From: a virus
Virus record (IMG/VR): IMGVR_UViG_3300025005_000002
Location: 32,001-96,000 of that record
Length of the DNA stretch: 64,000 nucleotides
Strand: one strand, 5' to 3'
Positions 19,849 through 28,782 of the stretch are shown one piece after another. The notes under the pieces are model-generated. The model saw nothing but the letters and a program-made list of their open reading frames with translations, was not told the origin of the DNA and ran no database searches. The position numbers were made by a program, and so were the translations under genes. Within the stretch, counting starts at the first letter, position 1. The number at the start of each line of letters is the position of its first letter.

Positions 19849-20103
19849 ATGAAAATAAGAAAGGGTGATATATATGAGGATTGTGCGTTTCACCCGGTGA
19901 GGTGCGAGTATATAAATGGCGATGATATCGAAGGGGTGTCATTACTTGATGGGTCCCGACCGCGCAGATGCAGTATACGGCATTGTGGGGTACGCAAAAT
20001 GACCAAGGATGAAGCGGCAGGTACAATTGCGATTTATGGGCAAGGAGGGGAGCAGGGTTTGTGGGAATATAAAAAACAACAAAGGAGTAACAAAGTAAAA
20101 TGA
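19849..20103 (+). CDS. Hypothetical protein
   Basis: RBS GAGGAG; coupled to next gene. Confidence 0.55.
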   Translation: MKIRKGDIYEDCAFHPVRCEYINGDDIEGVSLLDGSRPRRCSIRHCGVRKMTKDEAAGTIAIYGQGGEQGLWEYKKQQRSNKVK

Positions 20104-20336
20104 GAAAATTTGGTCCAAAATCGGCAGATCACCCTAGTGTAGGAGAGATATGTAGGGCCTGTCATAAACCGTTTGTTGCAGGAGATTTCACAACCCTAAT
20201 TGCACTTGGACCTGGGGATGATCCTGAGGCACAGACCAGCGCAAGAGAAGGAAGACCATATAATGCGGTCGCCATTGAGGTGCATTTTGCTTGCGCGGGT
20301 GGTACGATAAAGAGGTATGGGAAAAATAATGCCTGA
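20100..20336 (+). CDS. Hypothetical protein
   Basis: CRAC..HFAC; ATGA overlap. Confidence 0.55.
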   Translation: MRKFGPKSADHPSVGEICRACHKPFVAGDFTTLIALGPGDDPEAQTSAREGRPYNAVAIEVHFACAGGTIKRYGKNNA

Positions 20337-20652
20337 TATCGATGGGTACCCAATGGATGCAGAATTAAAAAAGATTAATGAATGGCCAATCAGTGATAAT
20401 TATACAGAATTCTTCGCATTTGTTAAATCCTGTTGGCATTACGCAGACTGGGGATGGAGAGAAGAAGATACTACGGATGAATTATTTGATCGGCCAGTGC
20501 ATCGGTATAGTATATCAACTGGTGGGTGGTCTGGGAATGAGGATATCATACAGGCCATGGAGGGAAATCAATTAGTATGGGCAATGACGTGGGTGCAGTC
20601 GAGACGCGGAGGGCATTTTATTTTCCAGGAATGGAGGGTAAATGAAAAATAA
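20329..20652 (+). CDS. Trp-rich phage hypothetical protein
   Basis: DGYP..STGGWSGNEDII..W..SRRGGH pattern. Confidence 0.65.
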   Translation: MPDIDGYPMDAELKKINEWPISDNYTEFFAFVKSCWHYADWGWREEDTTDELFDRPVHRYSISTGGWSGNEDIIQAMEGNQLVWAMTWVQSRRGGHFIFQEWRVNEK

Positions 20653-20890
20653 GACAAAAAAGGTACTTGATGAATTTTATTATCATGAAGCACTTGATCG
20701 AACCCATCTTATCTTAGAAATATTCACAGATTTTGTTGTAGAGCATCCAACAATAACAAGTAATATAGATCTTCATGGTTTAGCAGAAACTATCGGGGAT
20801 GATCTTGCAGAATTATACCAAAGGATTGGTGCGAAAAGGTTTGAGATTTTCCCGTCTCCAATCACCAAAAAGGTAAAGAAAAAGAAGTAA
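20642..20890 (+). CDS. Hypothetical protein
   Basis: RBS GGAGGG; FYYHEALDR. Confidence 0.55.
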   Translation: MKNKTKKVLDEFYYHEALDRTHLILEIFTDFVVEHPTITSNIDLHGLAETIGDDLAELYQRIGAKRFEIFPSPITKKVKKKK

Positions 20891-20943
20891 AAATATTGGA
20901 AATCACTAGTAGTACTTCGAATTAATTCTGTGAGGGTACCTTA

Positions 20944-22513
20944 GTGCATAAATCAATAGTAAAAAGGCATAATTTACTTAGGGTAATACAAATGGTATAT
21001 TCGGGCTTATTTGCCATATACAAAAATCAAAGATTATTTAGTAAAAGTGTATATATGAAAATATTGATGGCAGATTGGGAGCTTAGTAAGCTGAGGGCCA
21101 GTATTGGTAAGAGAGGAAAAGATGCCTAGAGATATAAAGAAACGCCAATATATGGTACAAGTATTAGATAATATTAGTTTTACAATGCGATATTATCAAT
21201 ATTTATATTGGGACTCAATGGGTACACGCGAATTACATAGTAGATTAGCACGTGTGTATAATTCTGTAATTATTATGTTATGGGAATAAAATTAATCGTA
21301 AAACAAGGTGATGTATTATATCAAGTACAAAACGCAACAATTATTTCTAATGAGGAAGATATTATAATATTTTCAGATGTATTGTTTGATAAATGTTATG
21401 ATTTATATGGGTGTATATTTTATATATTATATCCAATAGGAACAGGTAGGATTAAATGATATATAAACACCATTATTTAGAAGCAGTTATAATACAAATA
21501 AACGCATGCAAACGTAATTTGGAAGGATTTAATCACCCCAATGATAATAAAGGTATACCATATAAGCGATTGATGAAACTTTATGGTAAGATATTATGTA
21601 TAATTTATAGGTGAAATATGCCAGATATTAAGGTAACAAAATATCACATTAAAATAGCAGTAACGTTTTTAATGTTTCAATATTTGCGTGATGTGAAAGA
21701 GGCCATTAAAAGCAAACATACCAGAAACAAGATAGACAAATTAATACAAAATCTATGGGACATACAAAAGGATACAAATAATAATATCCACCGAGGAAAT
21801 GATGAGCAAATCTAATGATATTCGGCAATTTTATTTATTTGACGCAGGGCTTAGTATTATCGAAGCCCGTACCCTGTACGTGGTAGTTAAAATAATTATA
21901 GTAATTATTTATATGTGCGGATGACTATATTGATAAGTGATATATCCCAATTGGCCACAACAAAATAATGTCACATTTAATTACTTTGGTTAGGAAATGG
22001 GAAGATATGGCGAATAAATGGAATAAAATGATACAAGATAAAAATATAGAAGAAGGGAGTGAAAAAAGGGTGTACCTTTTTGTTAGGTTTGCTAGTTTGG
22101 TGGGTAATTATTTACATCGGGCCCAAAAACTATGAATCATTTAAAGCATGATGCGATTAACAAATTAACATGGGAAATGGTATATGCTAATGAGGCATGC
22201 ATAAAGTGTGACTTGATGGATTTGTTTAAAAAGATTGGCGCACTGAGGTGGGAAATTTGGAGAACAACTGCGTTGGTATATAATAACCACAGGGATAAAA
22301 TAGATCATGAATAATAATAAAAATTTCAACTCGGTTCAGTGGTTTTCATTTGGGCAGATGATGGGTGAACTAATACGAGTAGTAGAGTTTATAGAATTGG
22401 TTATTAATAATAAAGCATTAAGTAAAAAAATTCAAAATTTGGCAAACTATTCTTATGAACTAGCACACGAGGTTCAAGATGAGCGGCAAAATAATAAAAG
22501 AAAGGTGGTGTGA
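20944..22513 (+). other. Second microprotein array
   Basis: ORFs 20944, 21104, 21618, 22132 and 22307 of 55-68 aa, AT-rich and co-oriented. Confidence 0.55.
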
Positions 22514-23440
22514 ATGCAGGAATTACCGGCAGAAAAGATTGCCCAGTTAAGAGAGCATTTTATTAAGATAAGCTGTCAACCAAGGCAAGAAATAATTAAT
22601 AAGATCGCTAGACAAATGTCAAATTTGGATATTGAAATTTTGGAGTGCCAGAAGGCATTAGTAGCCCGAATAAGAGAGCTGGAGGTTAAGAAATTTGAGT
22701 ATGACGCAATGCAGATCAAACCATCGGCAGAACTTAAGGGTGCGGAATTTGACAATTTGCTCCTTCATCCTGATATTGAAAATATTGAATTTGAGGGGTA
22801 TGGGATTATAGTAACCACAAAGCCAATCAAGATTGAGTATGGCGGGGAAATATATTTTATTGGTCGATTTAATATATATCTTGAAACAAATGGTGGTATT
22901 GGGTGGTTGTTAAGGTTTAAGAATTTAGATCAAAATATATTTGGTCATCCCCATCCGCATATGCAAACAAATGGGGTACCATGTCTGGGGAATATTAAGG
23001 AATGTATGCCCCATATGATAGGTGCCAATCAGTTTGCTGCGGCGATTAATGTTGCCATTCAATATTTAAAGTCATATTCAGATTCAGATCAATATGGGAA
23101 ACCTTATGTTATATTGGAAAACTGGCCCAAAATAAAACGAGAAAAGGAGAAAGTCGATGAAGTTAGCCGAGGCGTTGATCGAGCGGAAGGGATTACAGAA
23201 GAAGATCGAGCGATTATCGGAGCGGTTGGTGAACAATGCCAAGACTCAGGAGGGGGAAACGCCCTCCGAGAATCCCCTGGAGTTGATCAAAGAGATCAAC
23301 GGGACGAACGAGGAACTGACGCATCTGATCATAGAGATCAACAAGACGAACGCCCTGGTATACTTGAACCCAGCGCAAATGCCGGTGGTGACGCTGGCCG
23401 ATGCGTTGGCCAAGAGGGATGGGATCGCGAAGAAGCGTAA
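22514..23440 (+). CDS. Coiled-coil plus E2/UBC-like domain protein (paralog of 31042 and 31946)
   Basis: HPHMQTNGVPCLGN..QFAAAINVAIQYLKS..NWP; the last ~95 codons overlap the next gene in another frame. Confidence 0.7.
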   Translation: MQELPAEKIAQLREHFIKISCQPRQEIINKIARQMSNLDIEILECQKALVARIRELEVKKFEYDAMQIKPSAELKGAEFDNLLLHPDIENIEFEGYGIIVTTKPIKIEYGGEIYFIGRFNIYLETNGGIGWLLRFKNLDQNIFGHPHPHMQTNGVPCLGNIKECMPHMIGANQFAAAINVAIQYLKSYSDSDQYGKPYVILENWPKIKREKEKVDEVSRGVDRAEGITEEDRAIIGAVGEQCQDSGGGNALRESPGVDQRDQRDERGTDASDHRDQQDERPGILEPSANAGGDAGRCVGQEGWDREEA

Positions 23441-23630
23441 TATACTGGCGAAGTTCGCGGAAGCAGCGACAGAACCAGTGAGGGCGTATGGACGGTTGGA
23501 AGTGAAATATATCCGTACGATGAATATACCGGCGATTCAGAAAGAGATCGATGCTCTCGCCGCCGAGTATAATGCGTTAGATGCGAAGATCCAGGGAAAG
23601 AATTGGGAGATTGACCTGGTAGTGGACTGA
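23157..23630 (+). CDS. DIP1984-like protein
   Basis: MKLAEALIER..LQKKIERL..NNAKTQEGETPSENP..TLADALAKRD; GC-rich. Confidence 0.75.
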   Translation: MKLAEALIERKGLQKKIERLSERLVNNAKTQEGETPSENPLELIKEINGTNEELTHLIIEINKTNALVYLNPAQMPVVTLADALAKRDGIAKKRNILAKFAEAATEPVRAYGRLEVKYIRTMNIPAIQKEIDALAAEYNALDAKIQGKNWEIDLVVD

Positions 23631-23632
23631 TA

Positions 23633-23824
23633 ATGGAAAAGTTGTTACCGTGCCCATTTTGTGGAGGGAAAGGGTTGATGGGTGAATTTCCAGTGTCCGG
23701 GCGTGACGAAAAACAATATTCCATTCGCTGTCGTTCGTGTGCTTGTGAGGGTGGATGGGGTAAAAGTAAGACTGGGGCCATAAAGTGGTGGAATATGCGC
23801 ACTCCATTGAAAGGAGATGAGTAA
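23633..23824 (+). CDS. Lar-like (restriction alleviation family) zinc-ribbon protein
   Basis: LLPCPFCGG..CRSC..AIKWWNMR. Confidence 0.7.
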   Translation: MEKLLPCPFCGGKGLMGEFPVSGRDEKQYSIRCRSCACEGGWGKSKTGAIKWWNMRTPLKGDE

Positions 23825-24057
23825 TGACATTTCCATGCAAAGAATGCGGGCTATTAAAGAGTCGATCGACAGCAAAGTGGCCTGAATTGGAGATTGCGTT
23901 CAAGAATGAAGTTCATGACCGGGCAAGAGAGATCGACCCTGAGCAGGAACGAGACTGGTTTAATATAACAATGGGGTGGTGCATAGCAAAGGGCGAACCA
24001 CCTGCAGGTGCGTATGCTTTTGCGTGCCACATTCGGTATCACACGGATTTAGGATAA
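23824..24057 (+). CDS. Hypothetical protein
   Basis: TAATG overlap; RBS AGGAG. Confidence 0.55.
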   Translation: MTFPCKECGLLKSRSTAKWPELEIAFKNEVHDRAREIDPEQERDWFNITMGWCIAKGEPPAGAYAFACHIRYHTDLG

Positions 24058-24063
24058 TACAAA

Positions 24064-24138
24064 TATGAGAGGACAGCGACAGGTGCGGTTGTCGTGCGTG
24101 GATCGAACCGCAAATTCTTGCCACGCAGTCCTCTCATA
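24064..24138. ncRNA. Candidate pseudoknotted structured element
   Basis: Perfect stems 24064-74/24128-38 (11 bp), 24084-90/24106-12 (7 bp) and 24095-101/24121-27 (7 bp); the last two cross. Confidence 0.5.
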
Positions 24139-24146
24139 GAGTAGCA

Positions 24147-24335
24147 CCAAGAAGGTAGCCTTAATGTTACACACAACGGGAATGTACCCAACACTCTGGT
24201 GGGCAAAGGGAGGCCCTGACGGAACCGAAATCCGTTTACTGTTTCTCCCAGTACGATCTCACATCTTTACAGCTTAAAGGGTCACTGTCACTTTCCCAAC
24301 GTGTATAATATTCAAGGTGAGGGCGGGTATGGGGG
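24147..24335 (+). ncRNA. Structured non-coding element, copy 1
   Basis: Shares GGTAGCCTTAATGTT, AAATCCG.TTACT, TACGATCTCACAT, TTCCCAACG and TATAATATTCAAGGTGAGGG with 24948-25140. Confidence 0.6.
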
Positions 24336-24396
24336 ACTCTTGCTTCGATGAGGAACAAAGAAACAAGGGTCGCTTGGTGCTATAAAAGGGGTTGAT

Positions 24397-24945
24397 ATGA
24401 AAATTTGTTCTCATTGTAAAATTGAAAAACCTAGGAGTGAATTTCATAAACACAAAGCAAATAAAGATGGGTTAAACTATTGGTGTAAACCCTGCAATCG
24501 CACAGCAATTGGACAGTACCGGGCCACACCAAAGGGGGAAGAAGTAAAGAGAAAAATCAAGAAGAAGTACCGGACTACACCAAAGGGGAAAGAAGAAAAG
24601 AAAAAATCAGACAAGAAATACTGGGTTACACCAAATGGGAAATTATCTAAAAGAAAAGGAAAACTAAAACAAAAGTATAATATTACTCTTAAGGATTACG
24701 ATAAGATGTTAGAGACTCAAGGTGGGGTTTGCGCCATTTGTGGTACTGATAAACCAGGAGTTGGGTTTAATCATTTTCTTGTAGATCACGACCATAAAAC
24801 TGGTAAAGTTAGAGGTTTGCTTTGCAATATATGTAATATAATATTAGAGTATCCAAATGGACCTATTATGGATGGCATTCGATCCGCTTCTGTTGATTTA
24901 ACTGAGAGATATCTAAATATTATTAAGTATTTAAATAACAGATAA
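24397..24945 (+). CDS. Endonuclease VII / HNH-type homing endonuclease
   Basis: N-terminal CSHC..CKPC; YNITLKDY..QGGVCAICG..VDHDHKTGKVRGLLCNICN. Confidence 0.9.
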   Translation: MKICSHCKIEKPRSEFHKHKANKDGLNYWCKPCNRTAIGQYRATPKGEEVKRKIKKKYRTTPKGKEEKKKSDKKYWVTPNGKLSKRKGKLKQKYNITLKDYDKMLETQGGVCAICGTDKPGVGFNHFLVDHDHKTGKVRGLLCNICNIILEYPNGPIMDGIRSASVDLTERYLNIIKYLNNR

Positions 24946-24947
24946 CG

Positions 24948-25140
24948 CCAAGCAGGTAGCCTTAATGTTGTATGTGATAAGGGATAAAAACTTGACAGGG
25001 GAAAAGGGGAGCCCATGCGGGCCTTAAATCCGCTTACTATAATTCCCTATACGATCTCACATGTCACAGTTTAACCCTAGGGTATGTCATTGTTATCTTC
25101 CCAACGCATATAATATTCAAGGTGAGGGTGGGGCAGGGGG
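24948..25140 (+). ncRNA. Structured non-coding element, copy 2
   Basis: Diverged copy of 24147-24335 starting 3 nt after the HNH stop; stem changes are compensatory or G-U. Confidence 0.6.
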
Positions 25141-25175
25141 CTGGCGCTGCAAAATAAATAAGGAGGGGAAAAATA

Positions 25176-25466
25176 ATGCAACCCAGTGATTGGACTTTTG
25201 ATGTAAGGGATATGGGGCAATTTGCATATATTATTTTCGCCCATAAGATTGACAAAGCAAAAGTGTTTGGGGCAGAAGGACTCAAGATGGTAAGAGACCT
25301 ACTTGGTCCAGTATCAGAATTGGTCGAAAATGTTATTTCAATACAGATGATTGAAAAGGTGGTTCCAATTCTTGAGTTTCATGGATTTCAACAAGGTGGA
25401 AATGCTACTAAGTTGATGTATTATTTTGAAGGTGAAGGATATTTTTTACCACCAGGTGAAGAATGA
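25176..25466 (+). CDS. Hypothetical protein
   Basis: RBS AGGAGGGG. Confidence 0.6.
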   Translation: MQPSDWTFDVRDMGQFAYIIFAHKIDKAKVFGAEGLKMVRDLLGPVSELVENVISIQMIEKVVPILEFHGFQQGGNATKLMYYFEGEGYFLPPGEE

Positions 25467-25693
25467 GATACCCAACGCTGATAGAGGTAGAACTTGCTAA
25501 CCATGAACAGATTTGCGAGTGGTGGAGGTTTCTGGAGTCACCAGGAATGAGTGCAATTGATCTGGGTAGAGAAGAATTTAAGATTGTTGGTGAAAAAGAA
25601 TTAGCGATAATGACCAGGATTGGGGAAAGATTAAAGGAATTTGGTGGGTTTACTCCTAAAATATCAAAAAGTATTGGATGGATAAAAAGATAA
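25463..25693 (+). CDS. Hypothetical protein
   Basis: ATGA overlap; YP...EQICEWWRFLESPG pattern. Confidence 0.6.
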   Translation: MRYPTLIEVELANHEQICEWWRFLESPGMSAIDLGREEFKIVGEKELAIMTRIGERLKEFGGFTPKISKSIGWIKR

Positions 25694-26087
25694 ATATTTC
25701 CGTTTAAAAAGAGGAAATAATGTGCACTAAACGTTTACAAGCTATAGAGGTTAGGAATCAATTATCAAATTTTTTAACATATCTTACATATTATCACAGC
25801 ACAGGGTCTTTTCTACTTGCAAAAAGAGCTATGGATTTGTGGGGGTTTCTCTTTAGGGATGTAGTATTGGGTGGTAGATATAAAATCTACATAAGGATAC
25901 AAAATCTTGAGAGATAGATATATGTCCTGGGTTACCCTCTGTTTATTAAGTCTTTACCAAGCAGAGGACAAATTATTACAGATAAGAGAGATAACCCATA
26001 TAAGGATTAAGATTGCCAAATTACGGACAGCGATGTGGGATTTGAAACAGGGGTAAAATAATCATAGACCCAGCGGGTTAGGGAGGG

Positions 26088-26444
26088 ATGATGAGAGAGG
26101 AATTAAAAGGTAAGGGTGTAGAATTGACGCTAAAACACCCAAAGGTGGATGGTGGAGTTCAGACATATCGCACTGAAGATGGTTGGGAGATGATAGTAAT
26201 GCTTGGCAAGAAAGAGGGTGAGAGTTATCAAATGCATCGAATGATGATGACTGGGCCAGCTTTGGTTGAAGAATTAATAACTAGCTTCATAAAAGAATGT
26301 CCAGAAATGGCAATGCCGATAGTTGGCAAAGCATTGTTGGGGCAGTTGAAAGAACATGTGGGTCAGGTATTGGCTGGCGACGAGCCCAATGACAAATCAT
26401 CTATGAGTAATAATGAACCTCCCCCAGGAACGAAATTTAATTAA
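26088..26444 (+). CDS. Hypothetical protein
   Basis: RBS GGGAGGG; ends resemble those of 28368..28763 (KGKG.., ..KFN/TFN). Confidence 0.6.
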   Translation: MMREELKGKGVELTLKHPKVDGGVQTYRTEDGWEMIVMLGKKEGESYQMHRMMMTGPALVEELITSFIKECPEMAMPIVGKALLGQLKEHVGQVLAGDEPNDKSSMSNNEPPPGTKFN

Positions 26445-26913
26445 GGAGGATACAATGACGCATACCACTTTTGGTGATGTAGTCGGGGCATTTTCGATTG
26501 TAGTACTTGCGTGGTTGTTGTTTCATTGTTAAATGAAAGATTTTGTGGGTATTAATGACAAATTTATGTTTAAAGTGCAAACACAGTTATATACTAAAAA
26601 TAAAGTACAAGCCAATGCAAGGGGTGATATTTTAGACAAAATTGGTTGGGTATTACAGCCAGATAACCAACCATATATATCACGAAGATTATTTAAAAAA
26701 ATAGCCACGTTGTATTTCTCTTTATGATCAAATCTAAAATGATGTATGATATTCAAGAATTACTTGGTTGTGTAATACGGAACTATAAGATGTATCATCA
26801 ACGTAATACCGGTATATATCTATATAATGAATATAGTAAATTATGGAGTAGACTGGCACATTTAAGAATGTTTATGTTTGGAAAATATAAAGATTATGAA
26901 GAAGAGGAAATTA

Positions 26914-27348
26914 ATGACAAAAACAAATAAGGAACTAGGATATCATCAGTGTCCTGGTGTGCCAGAATTAATGCACAAGTGTTGTGCAAGATTAAGGTCT
27001 CGTATACACTGTGAACGATGTGAGAAAATAATTAAAGATGGGAAGGTGACAGTTGTTAGGCGTAGGAGATGCCCTGGGGTACCGGCTGTGGGTCATTCGT
27101 GTAACACTATGACCATCAAACCGCGTTGTCGTATATGTGATGGGATATATAATAAGCATCAGACATATCTAAAAAAGATTAGCAAAGAAAAGATCGAAAG
27201 GGTTTGTTTAAAATGTGATAGAAAATTTATTGCCAAAAATCGTTTCCTTCGTTTATGTGATGGTTGCCGTAGTGTTAATCGTTCATCTGAACATAGGGGG
27301 ATGGATGAAACTAGGTATTCCATAAGTTTTGGAGGGAGGGGAGGATGA
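26914..27348 (+). CDS. Cys-rich zinc-finger protein with internal repeat
   Basis: CPGVPELMHKC / CPGVPAVGHSC repeat; CLKCDRKF..RLCDGC. Confidence 0.6.
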   Translation: MTKTNKELGYHQCPGVPELMHKCCARLRSRIHCERCEKIIKDGKVTVVRRRRCPGVPAVGHSCNTMTIKPRCRICDGIYNKHQTYLKKISKEKIERVCLKCDRKFIAKNRFLRLCDGCRSVNRSSEHRGMDETRYSISFGGRGG

Positions 27349-27734
27349 TATGGCTAGTCCAGATGACATTAAGCGCGAAATAAAATATAATTATGAAGTA
27401 ATGAAGGAGCGGGTAAGGCTCAGGCAAATTAATGAATCTTGTATTTATCGAATTATTGAGGCACAGGCAAGAGCCGGGGCTAGTCTTTCAGGAATCCATG
27501 ATTATTGGGATGAGTATATGCCAGACGAATTATGGATAAAATATCATAGTGAAGGAGGTAGGTACTAGTGGAAAAAGAAGCACACATTAAGCGTCATAAA
27601 GAATTACACAAGGCTTTTGATGAATTACTTGCGGATTTTATTTTGCATATAGAAAAATTTTCTTTAGAAATATCTATCATGGAGTTGATGCAGTGGTCGC
27701 ATCAACAAACCATAAATCCTACGATAAAGGAGGA

Positions 27735-28124
27735 ATGATGTCATTCGAAGGTAGAGAGATAAAGATTTGTGATAATGGGCATTTAATAATCATTGAATGT
27801 AATTTATTTGCTGGTCCAGAACAGTGTTATTGTGGGGCCGAGATAAAATGGACTCGCATAATAGATGATACGAATTGTGAGGCGTATGGTTACTTCCCAA
27901 TTGAGTTCTTCAAGGTAAAGACACCGGTTGTCGAAGAAGTTTGCCCAACATGCAAACATGTGAAATTGATAGAGAATATGGGGTATGAAATCCCCACTTG
28001 TGTAAATTGTGGATCTCAAGAAATAAGAAGTGGTTTACATCAACCAGCTTATGGTGGGACGCCATTTGTTGGAGAGATCAAATGCGAAGCATGCGGGACC
28101 GTATTATTTAGCAGCCAACCCTAA
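27735..28124 (+). CDS. Cys-rich hypothetical protein
   Basis: RBS AGGAGG; several CxxC pairs. Confidence 0.6.
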   Translation: MMSFEGREIKICDNGHLIIIECNLFAGPEQCYCGAEIKWTRIIDDTNCEAYGYFPIEFFKVKTPVVEEVCPTCKHVKLIENMGYEIPTCVNCGSQEIRSGLHQPAYGGTPFVGEIKCEACGTVLFSSQP

Positions 28125-28155
28125 ATGCCCGTGCGGCAGAAAGTGAGGCTTACGG

Positions 28156-28368
28156 ATGGAAGAATGGCCGTCTAATGGGGCCAGGCCCAAAAGAATGGCA
28201 CAACGCAAATGTCTTAAATGTGATGTAGAATTTCAAGCAAAAGATAGGTTCCATCGTTTATGTGATCCATGCAAGTGTATAAACGCTGGTATTGCTGATG
28301 TTGAGATTGAACTCCCTGAGGAGTTGCTAAAAAAATTACGCTTTCATCACTACTATAGGAGGAAGTAA
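28156..28368 (+). CDS. Small zinc-finger protein
   Basis: RKCLKCDVEFQAKDRFHRLCDPC matches the C-terminal finger of 26914..27348. Confidence 0.55.
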   Translation: MEEWPSNGARPKRMAQRKCLKCDVEFQAKDRFHRLCDPCKCINAGIADVEIELPEELLKKLRFHHYYRRK

Positions 28369-28763
28369 TGGGGAAAGAATATAAAGATGAGAAGATGGAT
28401 AAGGGAAAGGGGACAGACCTGGTAATATCTGTTCGCAATAAACTTACCAATGAAACGATTACGATGGACGCCGGAGAAGCTAACGAGCAATTTATTCTTA
28501 CTATGGTAAAAGCAAATGCGGATCGTGTGTTTATGGCAAAATCTTGTAGTTCGAAACTCTTGGTTGATCATCTCTTAAATGTTGTACAGGATAACAAGGA
28601 AGAGTTTATGATAGCCCTTGTTATTGCTACCACAACTGGAATGATTAATTTAAAAGAGATGAGTAAAAATATTAAGGTTCTTTCTATACCAATTGGTGAA
28701 GATGGCACTCCTAATTTCCCGAGCTTTGGCAACGATGACAAAAAGAAACCAACCTTTAACTAG
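28368..28763 (+). CDS. Hypothetical protein
   Basis: RBS AGGAGG; TAATG overlap. Confidence 0.6.
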   Translation: MGKEYKDEKMDKGKGTDLVISVRNKLTNETITMDAGEANEQFILTMVKANADRVFMAKSCSSKLLVDHLLNVVQDNKEEFMIALVIATTTGMINLKEMSKNIKVLSIPIGEDGTPNFPSFGNDDKKKPTFN

Positions 28764-28782
28764 AAAGGGGAGGAAGCGTAGG

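Noticed and set aside
11240-22513. Stop-codon reassignment explaining the many short ORFs
   Set aside because: The short ORFs have their own RBSs and ATGA/TAATG coupling in different frames. Long genes elsewhere are intact in the standard code and end in TAA, TAG and TGA.
24205-24235. Hammerhead ribozyme core (CTGACGG..CGAAA)
   Set aside because: It deviates from CUGANGA, has no proper stem II, and is not kept in the second copy.
24060-25150. Group I intron carrying the HNH gene
   Set aside because: The flanking ORFs do not look like halves of one interrupted gene, I could not find the P7/R/S core sequences, and the structured part is present twice.
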